DNA from: Candidatus Latescibacterota bacterium
GTDB lineage: Bacteria > Latescibacterota > UBA2968 > GCA-2709665
Reading direction: 5' to 3'
Assembly (NCBI GenBank): GCA_965219455.1
Contig: OZ244744.1
Span: forward strand, 2,304,001 to 2,368,000
Length of the DNA stretch: 64,000 nucleotides
A program made the translations under genes and the position numbers. How positions within the stretch are numbered: the stretch's first letter is position 1; each line of letters starts with the position of its first letter. The notes below the pieces were generated by a model. It was not told the origin of the DNA. It was given only the letters and a program-made list of their open reading frames with translations, and ran no database searches. Positions 51,230 through 60,537 of this stretch are shown here, piece by piece.

Positions 51230-54200
51230 TCAGTTCTCCCGCCAGTCCGCATCCTCCCCGCTGACATTAATTACACGCACCGATATCCGATGAGTTTCCT
51301 CTTCCGAGAGCGTCGCCTTCAGCTGTTCCTGTAGCTCATGGGGAGTTTCCAGGCGCCTTCCCGATGGAGAAACTCGGGTGAACGCCTTTCCGAACCAGAA
51401 TACCAGGTAGATGCCGTGTCCGGCCGCACCCGGGTCTCGAGTGTATTTGGCGATCAACTGCGTCTTTATCGCAGTCCACAGATCGGGACGGTTGTTCTTT
51501 TTAATTTCCACCGGCACGTTGAAGTCCTCGAAGGAAACTCGAATGTCCGCCCGTTTCTCGTCTGCGTAACGGCCCTCCGGTTGGGCGTCAATTGGCAATG
51601 GGGCCAATTTGTATTTCAAATCGGATAGCAACGCGTCCCTGCAAAGCTCTTCATGTTTCGGTTTTCGGGTTTTCTCGTCAGAAGGGTTTTCCCAATATTG
51701 ACGCCAATCGGAGGTACTGCCGTCATGTATATTTCGCGCGATCTCATGTAGATGATCGGTCACGAGAGCGGCGAGGTCGGCCGCGTTGGCAGGGCTGCCG
51801 TTGTCCAGAGTCCGGCAGACGTGTTCGAATTCGGGATGACGATAACTGGCGTCGCGTTGAATAACCCTTTGGGAATCTCGCGCGCGAGACAGGACGTCGT
51901 GCCAGGCCGAAAGCGCTGGTTCCGCAAGAAGCCTGTCCAGTGCATCGCCAGCCTCTTTGCCGTGGGAAGCAGCGAGACGTTGAATAAACGCATGCACAAG
52001 TTCAGAGTCCGTGTTTATAGAAGTATTCCATTCGTCGTCCCGTTCGTGCCGGGGCTCATAGGGTCGGAAGTAGCTACCTATAAGGCGAACTAGGACTTCC
52101 AATACCGGAATTTCCAGCTCAACGTCCGAAAGTGAAAAGCCCGCGCGTGGAAACACGTAGGGAAAGAACCCTACCAGGTTTCGCACCCGCCTTTCTTGAC
52201 CCTGCACGAAATCTACCAAAGGGTTCGTATACGCCTCGGGCACAATAACGACCGCAGCGGCCAACCAGCGCACCCGCTGAGCAACATTCATGCTTGTAGT
52301 AGCCAGCTTTCTATCGATCAGTTCCTTAAGCGACATCCTGTCCGTGTGTCGAATTGCGGCCCAAAGAAGATAGTCCAATGCTTCAATCTGTACTGCATTA
52401 CATCGCGTCGGAAAGGCCCGCAAGAACGGCAGGCTGGCGAGCTTCGCGACCTGGGCGTGGTCCTTATCATGTGCGAGCGCGAAGAGCCCGGAAACAGGCC
52501 CGCTACCACTACGAAGCTCGGAAATGCCACACTTTACCAGCATTTCGGCTACGACATCCGGGCGTGCCTCGCGGCTTCGACGATACCAATCGGGCTCGTG
52601 GGAACTTCCCGAACAGAAATGGAACGCGAGCGCCTTTCGCATCTGTTCATCGTCGAGCCGGCAGAGTGCGTCTGGCGTGGATTTTTCGATCTCCGCCAGG
52701 GCCGCCAGGAAAGGCCACCCGATATGATACACCTGGCCCTTTTTCTTGAGGGCGAGAATCTCCTCGACGCCTGGAACGTCCTTCCTTTCGATAACATCGC
52801 GGATTCCAACACGAACGGCATCGATCAAACTTTGATCCGATCCCAAGTCATTCTTAATGTCACTAGTGCCCCCGGCGATGCGGAGATTGATCGAGTCTGC
52901 GAAGTATATGCCCGCAATATGGTATAGCAGATCGTGGGTGGCCCGGTTTTCGCGCAACGCGGCCTCGTTGGCCCGGAGATGGTCCAGCCATTTCTCCTCC
53001 TCACGTCGGCGCCGGTCGATATATTGGGACCGAACCCCGCCGCTGTCTTTCACTCTAAAGCCGCTCGGGATGGATTGCGGCGCGCGTAGTCGATCCAACC
53101 TGGCTCGAAGTACTTGATTTTCCTCCGCGTGTTCTACTATCAGATCAAGCGACAGACCCTCGTTAACGCTTCGATTGTCAAGCGACTGACAGGCGAGTTC
53201 CAACAGGTGTTCCGCGACTCGAGGACTCATGTTCACTGTCGCGACGGCCATCGCCAGACACCAGCGACCGAAGTCAGGCGGCAGTTTGGCGCCGTAAAGA
53301 CGCTCTTGCACTTTCAAGGCGTGATACCTGAATTCGTCGGATTGGGGACATCGTTTCAGACCCTCGACGAACACTTTCTTCAGAATTTCGGAGCGTTCCT
53401 CCAGCCAAGACCCAATCTCACGAATCGCGTTTTTGTCGCCTCTCCAGGCGCCGTGAATCTCTGAGAAACCCACGTTCAACCAGTCATAAAGGCGCTCGGT
53501 TTCCAGTTCGTCACCGCGGGCATTTAGACCACGTGCCAGCAGTCTCGCCGGAAGTCGTTCGAGGTGCAGGCGGCCTTCCAGTGCGGAACGCAAGTCGGGA
53601 AGCCTTTGCTGCAGGGCATCCAGGAGTTCGACTATCTCCTCGTCCGAAGACCTTTCATGAAGTTCATGCTCCCAGAACCACCAGTACATGCCAGCCAGGT
53701 TCGTCTCCCCGGTCTCGATCAGGTGGTCCCATACTTCGATGGGAGATAGTTGCCGGGGGTACAGTTGCGATAACAGGATTCCCAGGAGTTCGTGGTCAGG
53801 ATCGGAGACGCTTCCGTTTTGAATCTCTTTAAGCAGGGTCTTGAGTTCGCACGTTTTGTTGTTATCGTCCTCCAAATGGATAAATGCGTTAAGGGCAGAT
53901 ATATTGACACTGGGCCACCACGTATCGTCGCGAACAATTCCGAGCAGAATCTCTGCAAAGTTTGCCGGACGCGAACTATGACACAGAATGCTCAGTACAA
54001 AATCGACGAACATCTGATACTCGTTGTCACGGCTGGCATTATCCAGGACGTTTCTGAGCACGGGTTCCATGTCCAGCGTCGCGAGAGGACCGAAAGCCGC
54101 CGCCAACTGAATGGAACCGAGCCTGGACACCTCACTGTGCAGAGCGTTCAGGAGCGCCCGTTTCTCGTCAAACGAAAACCCGCGTATATCGCCGTAGAGA

Positions 54201-55327
54201 CCGACACCTACGGGATCCCGAATGATAAGCTCACTTCGGGCGCTCTTACAGTACGCCGCGAGCCAGGCGGACAGACTCCTCAACCCGGTCACCACGATTC
54301 CGTCCTCTCCCGTGATGAGCGAAAGAACCCGCCGGGCAGGAAGTCCGTCTTCGATCAGCCGTGCGAGGTACCGAGCACCGAGGAATTCAGCGACGTGCCG
54401 GTGAATCGGGGCGAAACGGCTAAACGAACCGGAGTCCGCCTTGAACAGCTTTGTGGACAGCACCGACTGTAGCAACTCCGGGTTTTCGAATTGAATTTCC
54501 TCCAAAGTGGGAAAGTCTGTGTCCGGTTCACCGTGGCCCAGCGTGTACCCTTCGATTCCCGAAATCAATTGAACGGCGCAAAGACGCCCGGCGGCGTTCA
54601 ATAACCTATGCGTATTCGCCGGCTGACTGGCAACTTTGTGCTCAATATTGTGCTCACGTACCAGGTACGAACAGGCCTGCTCGAATGTTTGCAAGCGGCT
54701 GTCCGGCCATTGTTCGTTACGCGCTATAACAGTGGCCAGCAACTCGAGGGTCAGCGGGTTTTGGAGCAGCCCGTCGATCCGCCGCCCTCGGGCGTTTTCC
54801 AGGAACGCCCCGGTATCTTCGACGCCCTTGTCTTCCAATATCCGTACAATGTCCGATTCCGTAAGGGGATCAAGCCGGAGTACGGTGAGATCCCCGTCAG
54901 GGGATACGTCTTTCAGGCGCTGCCAATCGTTCTCTCCGAGCCAGTCCGCTTCCCGGCACGACAGGCGGAAACGCGGACGACGCAGACTTTCGAGACGATT
55001 GCGAATACTGTCAAAAGGTGTGCGTGCGTCTGCAGCGCCAACGCGGACCTCGTCAAGACCGTCGATAAAGAGTGTCTTATTGCGCCACTCGGCGTGCATT
55101 TCCACGTCTAGAGCGAGAAAGTCGCGGGCGGAGATCATACAGGCGCCGTCCCCAAGCGCCTCTTTCTCGGTCTCGAACGCGGTGGTCTTCCCCGAGCCGG
55201 GGTCACCCAGCAACACATAGGCCGGAGTGTCCCGAAACCCGGCCAGGGGTCGTGAGTCCCTTGCCTGATTCCGTTTCTCATCACCCTGCGGGATCACTGT
55301 ACTCGTGCGTGCGACGATCGTGTTCAT
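51230..55327 (-). CDS. NACHT/STAND NTPase with helical sensor region and C-terminal PD-(D/E)XK-like nuclease
   Basis: LLGDPGSGKT, FIDGLDE, LSCR, NPLTL, HRHVAEFLGA; C-terminus E.LCRDAL...EKRADI...VPVEIK...Q...Y...GIYLVFWFG. Confidence 0.82.
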   Translation of the reverse strand: MNTIVARTSTVIPQGDEKRNQARDSRPLAGFRDTPAYVLLGDPGSGKTTAFETEKEALGDGACMISARDFLALDVEMHAEWRNKTLFIDGLDEVRVGAADARTPFDSIRNRLESLRRPRFRLSCREADWLGENDWQRLKDVSPDGDLTVLRLDPLTESDIVRILEDKGVEDTGAFLENARGRRIDGLLQNPLTLELLATVIARNEQWPDSRLQTFEQACSYLVREHNIEHKVASQPANTHRLLNAAGRLCAVQLISGIEGYTLGHGEPDTDFPTLEEIQFENPELLQSVLSTKLFKADSGSFSRFAPIHRHVAEFLGARYLARLIEDGLPARRVLSLITGEDGIVVTGLRSLSAWLAAYCKSARSELIIRDPVGVGLYGDIRGFSFDEKRALLNALHSEVSRLGSIQLAAAFGPLATLDMEPVLRNVLDNASRDNEYQMFVDFVLSILCHSSRPANFAEILLGIVRDDTWWPSVNISALNAFIHLEDDNNKTCELKTLLKEIQNGSVSDPDHELLGILLSQLYPRQLSPIEVWDHLIETGETNLAGMYWWFWEHELHERSSDEEIVELLDALQQRLPDLRSALEGRLHLERLPARLLARGLNARGDELETERLYDWLNVGFSEIHGAWRGDKNAIREIGSWLEERSEILKKVFVEGLKRCPQSDEFRYHALKVQERLYGAKLPPDFGRWCLAMAVATVNMSPRVAEHLLELACQSLDNRSVNEGLSLDLIVEHAEENQVLRARLDRLRAPQSIPSGFRVKDSGGVRSQYIDRRRREEEKWLDHLRANEAALRENRATHDLLYHIAGIYFADSINLRIAGGTSDIKNDLGSDQSLIDAVRVGIRDVIERKDVPGVEEILALKKKGQVYHIGWPFLAALAEIEKSTPDALCRLDDEQMRKALAFHFCSGSSHEPDWYRRSREARPDVVAEMLVKCGISELRSGSGPVSGLFALAHDKDHAQVAKLASLPFLRAFPTRCNAVQIEALDYLLWAAIRHTDRMSLKELIDRKLATTSMNVAQRVRWLAAAVVIVPEAYTNPLVDFVQGQERRVRNLVGFFPYVFPRAGFSLSDVELEIPVLEVLVRLIGSYFRPYEPRHERDDEWNTSINTDSELVHAFIQRLAASHGKEAGDALDRLLAEPALSAWHDVLSRARDSQRVIQRDASYRHPEFEHVCRTLDNGSPANAADLAALVTDHLHEIARNIHDGSTSDWRQYWENPSDEKTRKPKHEELCRDALLSDLKYKLAPLPIDAQPEGRYADEKRADIRVSFEDFNVPVEIKKNNRPDLWTAIKTQLIAKYTRDPGAAGHGIYLVFWFGKAFTRVSPSGRRLETPHELQEQLKATLSEEETHRISVRVINVSGEDADWREN

Positions 55328-56577
55328 TATTCCTCAAACCAGTGATTGGCCGGTACTGTCAGAAACTCATTCAGCCCGATACCACCTTCCCCGACAAGCA
55401 GACACCTATCCGGACGAAAACGCTGCTCGAAAATGCGCATTCCCCGAAAAGTCAGGTTCTTTGTACTGCTTTTGACCTCGATGGCGATGATGCGAGGACC
55501 GCGTTGCAGGACGAAATCGACTTCGTTTGAACCATCCCGCCAGTAGTAGAGGCGGGTGTCGGGCGACAAGGTATTGAACAGATGCGCGCCGACCGCGCTC
55601 TCGACAATGCGCCCCCAGAATGAGCGGTCGGCCCTCGCTTCATCAAACGAGTACCCTGAACCGGCCGTCATCAGTGCGGTATTGAGCACGTTGAGCTTCG
55701 GGCTCGAGGCGCGACGTCGATGCGGACGGTTGGAATACTTCGGCAAGCCCGCGAGTAGGCCGGCGCTCGAAAGCAGGTCCAGGTAGCGGGCAAGGGTGGT
55801 GGTGTTGCCGGCATCATGCAACTGGCCCAGCATCTTCGTGTACGAAAGGATCTGCCCGGAATAGCCGGCCCCGAGTTCGAACACCCGTTTGAGTAGCGCC
55901 GGTTTGTCCACACGGGTCATAGCGAGGATATCCCGCTCCACGTTCGGTTCGATGAGCGCGCCGAGGATATAGTTGCGCCACCTATCGGGGTTTCGGATGA
56001 ATCGTACAGCGCCCGGGTAGCCTCCAAAGTAGAGATAGCTCGCCGGATCGAGACGAAACGCCTGCATCATTTCGGCGAACGACCAGTGTGTGACGCGGAT
56101 GGACTCGAAGCGGCCGGCGAGGCTCTCGCTCAATCCCGATTGCATTAATAGCGGGGCCGAGCCCAGGATAACCACATGCAAGGGGCAGTTCCGGGCCCGG
56201 TCCGCGTCCCACAGGCCCTTGACCGTATCGGACCACCGCGGAATCTTCTGTATTTCGTCTATCGCCAGCACGAAGCCGCGTCTGAATCGCTCGGCCTCCT
56301 GCCGAGCGTGTTCCCAGTTACGCACGAGCCACTCCGTGTCTCGCGCCTGTGTCAGAGGAAAGGTTAACGTGGATGAATCGGAAGGGAAGGGATTTTCATA
56401 TCTATCGGGTTCGTCCACGGACAGGTAGCGGCTTTCGATGTGGATCTGACGCAACGCCTGGCGCACGATGGTCGTCTTGCCGGTTTGACGTGGTCCAAAC
56501 AAGGCGATGAGTTGGTGGGGGGCCTCGTCCAACCTGTCCATCAGGGTCTTTACGTGAACACGTTGAAAGGAAGTCAT
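55327..56577 (-). CDS. AAA_14 ATPase with DUF4143 domain
   Basis: GPRQTGKTT, IDEIQ, LGSA, ESLAGR, GGYP, YYWRD...EVDFV...IEVKS. Confidence 0.9.
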   Translation of the reverse strand: MTSFQRVHVKTLMDRLDEAPHQLIALFGPRQTGKTTIVRQALRQIHIESRYLSVDEPDRYENPFPSDSSTLTFPLTQARDTEWLVRNWEHARQEAERFRRGFVLAIDEIQKIPRWSDTVKGLWDADRARNCPLHVVILGSAPLLMQSGLSESLAGRFESIRVTHWSFAEMMQAFRLDPASYLYFGGYPGAVRFIRNPDRWRNYILGALIEPNVERDILAMTRVDKPALLKRVFELGAGYSGQILSYTKMLGQLHDAGNTTTLARYLDLLSSAGLLAGLPKYSNRPHRRRASSPKLNVLNTALMTAGSGYSFDEARADRSFWGRIVESAVGAHLFNTLSPDTRLYYWRDGSNEVDFVLQRGPRIIAIEVKSSTKNLTFRGMRIFEQRFRPDRCLLVGEGGIGLNEFLTVPANHWFEE

Positions 56578-56583
56578 ATTGTA

Positions 56584-56612
56584 AATTTACTATATTGAGT
56601 AAATTCAGGCAA
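56584..56612 (-). promoter_or_regulatory. Leaderless promoter with palindromic operator
   Basis: Minus strand TTGCCT-17 bp-TAAATT, ATG 6 nt downstream; overlapping palindrome AATTTACT-N6-AGTAAATT. Confidence 0.6.
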
Positions 56613-56788
56613 GAGGATAATTCACGGTTTTTCCTGGTAAATGTGAATGCAGGTTGATGCGCCGCCAAACCGCCTGATGTCGGTATGAATCACAAAAACG
56701 GGATGCGCGAAGGTGGGGGTTCCTTCGGGCATCCCGTGTGCGCCATTTTGCTTATGGCAGGACGATTACGATGGTTGCATGCGGGTAT

Positions 56789-58255
56789 TCACTTCAACCG
56801 GCGCCGCATGGGGCGACGTGGAGAGGGTGAGGCCGAGCGGATCTCGTGGATGAACTCGGCCGCCACATCCCGGTAGGTCTCGAACGGATCCTGGAGACTC
56901 AGGTGGCTTTCGTTCTCAAGATAGACCGAGTCCCAGTCCACGATATACCGCATCCGGTTCTCCGACAGGGCCCTGATCACGTCGGACCGGCCCCGGGCCC
57001 GCGTATCGGCGGGCGGTTCGTCTTCCGCGTGGGCGATTTGCTTTTCCGTTAAAATGCGGCGCGTCATCCCCGTGTGTTCGAGGTCGAGGAAAAAACCCCG
57101 GTTGGGATTGATATTGTGATACTCCAGATCCAGACTCTGGAGCCACGGATCGTTCCAATCCAGGCCTTCCGACTGCACGAACATCTCCAGCATCCACTTC
57201 TTGGCCACCCAGTCCAGACGGTCCTTCAGGACCATCGGATCCAGCTCCAGGGCGTCCAGCGTCTGCTCCCACTCGTCCAGCACCCAGTCCGACTCCTCGT
57301 CCATCCCCCGCAGATGGCGCTTCGCCAGATCCAGGTACCGACGCTGGATATCCACGGCCGAAACCGGCCGGCCGTTCTTGCGTTCCAGAATCCATTTATG
57401 GGTGGGATCTCGAGAAATCTCCTTCAACGCCCAGACCGGGTCGCCCAGGCCCACGTCCTGCGGAAAAATCTTGTGCTCGAGCAGATTCAACACCATCGCG
57501 GTGGTACCGACCTTCAACGCGGTGGCGTACTCCGACATATTCGAATCGCCCATCAGCAGGTGCAGCCTTCGGTACTTGTTATAGTCCGCCAGCGGTTCGT
57601 CGCGCGTATTGATAATCGCCCGGGAAAACTGGATCCACTGGTAGATCTCCGTGACAATGTGGTCCGCGCGCTGCGAAATCTGAAAGGCGACGGGATCTTC
57701 GTGACCGGCGTCGACGTCGTCGTCCCGGCCATAATAATAGAAGCTGTCGTCGTAGCTGCCCACCCGGCCGGCGCCGCTGTAAATCTGCCGCGTTACCAGA
57801 AAAGGCAGCAACGCCGGAATCACAACCATGGAAAACGGCACGTTTCGCCGAATCAGATAGTTCTCGTGGCAACCGAAGGTAGCGCCAGTATAGTGGTCGA
57901 TGTTGTTCTTGAGGAACGATGCCTCTTTCGCCAGCCCGAGCGAACGAAGCGCGCGCTGCAGAATCCGTTCTCCCGCCCGGTCGGAGGCCACCAGGTCGAA
58001 CAGGCTCTTGCATTCCGGCGTTGTATATTCGATATGCCCCATATCGATATATACCCTGCCGGAATTGAACAAAAAACCGCCGTTACCCGGCGGTTCGTCC
58101 CGGCCCCGATAATGGATATCTATAATCCCCTTACGTTCGGTGTGGAAAATATGGTCCTTCACCTTCACCGTGATGGCATCCGGGCTGACGAACCCCTCGT
58201 GCTCCGGCGCCATGCACCCATATTCAGTTTCCAGACCGAAAATGCGACGTTCCAT
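56789..58255 (-). CDS. pafA: PafA-like UBact/Pup ligase
   Basis: RIFGLETEYG, GRVYIDMGHIEY.TPEC, KNN.D...TFGCHENY, INTRDEP, RLH...GDSNM, DLEYH. Confidence 0.88.
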   Translation of the reverse strand: MERRIFGLETEYGCMAPEHEGFVSPDAITVKVKDHIFHTERKGIIDIHYRGRDEPPGNGGFLFNSGRVYIDMGHIEYTTPECKSLFDLVASDRAGERILQRALRSLGLAKEASFLKNNIDHYTGATFGCHENYLIRRNVPFSMVVIPALLPFLVTRQIYSGAGRVGSYDDSFYYYGRDDDVDAGHEDPVAFQISQRADHIVTEIYQWIQFSRAIINTRDEPLADYNKYRRLHLLMGDSNMSEYATALKVGTTAMVLNLLEHKIFPQDVGLGDPVWALKEISRDPTHKWILERKNGRPVSAVDIQRRYLDLAKRHLRGMDEESDWVLDEWEQTLDALELDPMVLKDRLDWVAKKWMLEMFVQSEGLDWNDPWLQSLDLEYHNINPNRGFFLDLEHTGMTRRILTEKQIAHAEDEPPADTRARGRSDVIRALSENRMRYIVDWDSVYLENESHLSLQDPFETYRDVAAEFIHEIRSASPSPRRPMRRRLK

Positions 58256-58461
58256 TTCGGGCCCTTACATGCCTAATAAAGTCAAAAGCCGGAATTTACA
58301 TGGATGGACCTGTCTGCGTGCGTGCCACACGCACAGGCAGGCAGGATCGACAGGATAAAAACCCACAAGCCGGAAGCATGCTATTTGATACGGGTGATCG
58401 CAATGAATCCGTCGATCATAAACCGTGTAACGCTACGCCTCCCCCCACCGTCGCCGCAGGC

Positions 58462-58487
58462 CGGGCGCCCACGAGGGACGCCCCTAC
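58462..58487 (-). repeat. GTAG-type REP
   Basis: Reverse complement GTAGGGGCGTCCCTCGTGGGCGCCCG. Confidence 0.6.
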
Positions 58488-58548
58488 ACGGCAGGGGAAG
58501 TGGTACGGACATGCAGGCGTAAGATCAGGTTGCAGGATCCGCCGGCTC

Positions 58549-59328
58549 TCAGCGATACGGCTTGATCACGGGCAGAATCTCTTTTTCGGTAACGACGCGA
58601 TACCTGCGTTTGTCCGGACCGGACCGGTCGAAAACCACGGCCTCAACCGTGGACGATTTCAACTCGGCCTTCAAAATACCCTGCAGATCCGCCTCGTCGG
58701 CCACCCGTTCCAACTCCGACGTCTCCTGGGGGATCTCGTCCAGGTCTCCCACAAACCGCCCGGCCGCCCATACCTCCAGTGCGGCCTTCAACGCGTTCCG
58801 CAGGCTGAGCCGGTCGGTTTCCGGCAGATAGCGCCGCATCAACCCGTCCGCTTCCGGAATATCGCCCACAACGCCGCGGCCTTCGTGTTTCTGAAACGCG
58901 CCGTCGTAGTCCACCGTATAGAAGACGGCGCCTTCCTCCGATACATCCAGCTCCAGCATCAGGATCCGCACGATATACGGCGACCGGAACACCTCGTCAA
59001 AAGCCGTCTTGACCGCGGGACCCAGGCCGAAATGTATTATCTGCTGCAGGTTTACGTCCTGCTCCGAATAGTTGAACCCGATCACCGACGCCAGGTCCAC
59101 GGCGGACTGGCGCAGCTTCTCGATATCGGCGGGATGCCCGAGCGCGGCCATGCCGATACGGTCGTAAACCTCGAAGATCTTCTGTTGTCCCCGGCCCAGC
59201 GTCAAAAGCAGCGCGCCGTCCCGGTAGGTCAGGCCCACAACCGGGCTGCCGCCCCGCAGCTGGTCCTCGATATACTCCCGCCGGTTGGCTACCGCCTCCG
59301 CCCAGCGATAGGGTTCGTCCAGCATCAT
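58549..59328 (-). CDS. prcA: 20S proteasome alpha subunit
   Basis: GSPVVGL, KIFEVYDRI, G...DIEKLR; overlaps the beta gene. Confidence 0.88.
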   Translation of the reverse strand: MMLDEPYRWAEAVANRREYIEDQLRGGSPVVGLTYRDGALLLTLGRGQQKIFEVYDRIGMAALGHPADIEKLRQSAVDLASVIGFNYSEQDVNLQQIIHFGLGPAVKTAFDEVFRSPYIVRILMLELDVSEEGAVFYTVDYDGAFQKHEGRGVVGDIPEADGLMRRYLPETDRLSLRNALKAALEVWAAGRFVGDLDEIPQETSELERVADEADLQGILKAELKSSTVEAVVFDRSGPDKRRYRVVTEKEILPVIKPYR

Positions 59329-60143
59329 CCCTCAGTGTCTCCAGGCCCTTCAGCTTGAGCGAAATACCGCTCGTAGGACGCCCGCAGATCCTCCTCGGAC
59401 ACGGTACGCAGTCCATCCGCCGAGATCGTTTTCACCGTGGGCAACACCCCGGTATCACGCTCGTATCTTCCGGTGGCGGCGTCGTATTCCGCGGCCGTAT
59501 GCAGCAGGCGCAGCGCCATTCCAATGCTCTCGTTACAGTCCAGTTCGGCAAACGGACGCTCGCCCCACTGGTTGTTGTAGTACATTGCGCCCCGTATGGC
59601 CGCTGCGCCGGAACCCGTGGTGGAAAAATCGGCGCTCTCGAACTGCGCGCCCAGCACGTCGTAGAAAAAGATCTTGCCGCGGCTGTCCTGTCGATCGTAC
59701 GTGGCGAAAATGGGGATCACCGGGCCGATGCCCTGCATGGCCATCGGCAGATTGTCGCGAATCAGAAGGGAGAGGCGCCGCAGTTTGGCCGCCAGGCTCA
59801 TTTCCTGCAACTGCCGGCGCCGGTGATATTGAAACGTGTGTTCAAGAATACGGGCGATTTCGTACGCCATCGCCGGCGATCCGGAAATGGCCATCACCGA
59901 ATACGCGTCGATATCGATGACCTTGTCGGCGCGGTCGTAGAGCACCGTATGGCCGGCGGTCGCCCGGCGGTCGCCCGCTACGAGGACGCCATCCCGGTAG
60001 CGAAGCGCGAGGATGGTCGTGCCTTCGGTGGGCTGAAACGGAAGGGACGCCGCGCCGCCCGGCGCACTTTCCCGCAGGTCGGCGCCGGGCATCCGGTATC
60101 CTTCGGCCTTCAGCAGATCCAGAAAATCTCCACCCGCACCCAT
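59325..60143 (-). CDS. prcB: 20S proteasome beta subunit (41-aa propeptide)
   Basis: EG|TTILAL...AGDRRAT, K, GSG, DAATG; catalytic Thr codon at 60018-60020. Confidence 0.92.
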   Translation of the reverse strand: MGAGGDFLDLLKAEGYRMPGADLRESAPGGAASLPFQPTEGTTILALRYRDGVLVAGDRRATAGHTVLYDRADKVIDIDAYSVMAISGSPAMAYEIARILEHTFQYHRRRQLQEMSLAAKLRRLSLLIRDNLPMAMQGIGPVIPIFATYDRQDSRGKIFFYDVLGAQFESADFSTTGSGAAAIRGAMYYNNQWGERPFAELDCNESIGMALRLLHTAAEYDAATGRYERDTGVLPTVKTISADGLRTVSEEDLRASYERYFAQAEGPGDTEG

Positions 60144-60147
60144 AGGC

Positions 60148-60339
60148 TCACTCACCCGTACGCTGGCGGTAACGTCGCGCCTGATTCGGGTCCACGCGCC
60201 GCATGCGGCGCAGCAGATCCTGGGTATCGGGACGGTCAACGTCCGGTCGGGACGGTCCCTCGTCTCCGTCGTTCGGCGCCCCGTCGGGGGGCTCCGACCG
60301 TCGGGTTCGCCGTTCAAAACCGGCCAGGTCTTTTTTCAT
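60148..60339 (-). CDS. ubact: Ubiquitin-like protein modifier UBact
   Basis: 63 aa, disordered and acidic/Pro-rich, ending LLRRMRRVDPNQARRYRQRTGE (UBact R[ST]G[EQ] terminus); AAGGAGGAG RBS; between dop and prcB. Confidence 0.9.
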   Translation of the reverse strand: MKKDLAGFERRTRRSEPPDGAPNDGDEGPSRPDVDRPDTQDLLRRMRRVDPNQARRYRQRTGE

Positions 60340-60354
60340 AGCCAACTCCTCCTT

Positions 60355-60464
60355 GTGTCCCGTCCCAGAAATATTTCACCATTCATCCGCCGATTCATCC
60401 CGTCTCGCTGTGTTGCCCTCGCTCGGCGGCCGAATTCAGTCAATCTATTTCAGGGACAGAACAT
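60355..60464. repeat. Inverted-repeat element with ~53-bp internal insertion
   Basis: GTGTCCCGTCCCAGAAATA...CAATCTATTTCAGGGACAGAACA. Confidence 0.7.
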
Positions 60465-60537
60465 TCGAATCCGTTCAAGAATGCCCGCAGGTTCTCCCGA
60501 ACGGTTAAGCTGCACGCTTCGCCAACGCGACCGGCGG

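Noticed and set aside
60144-60317. Extended N-terminus of proteasome beta from the ORF track
   Set aside because: Overlaps the ubact gene; ATG 60143 just after the ubact stop is the better start.
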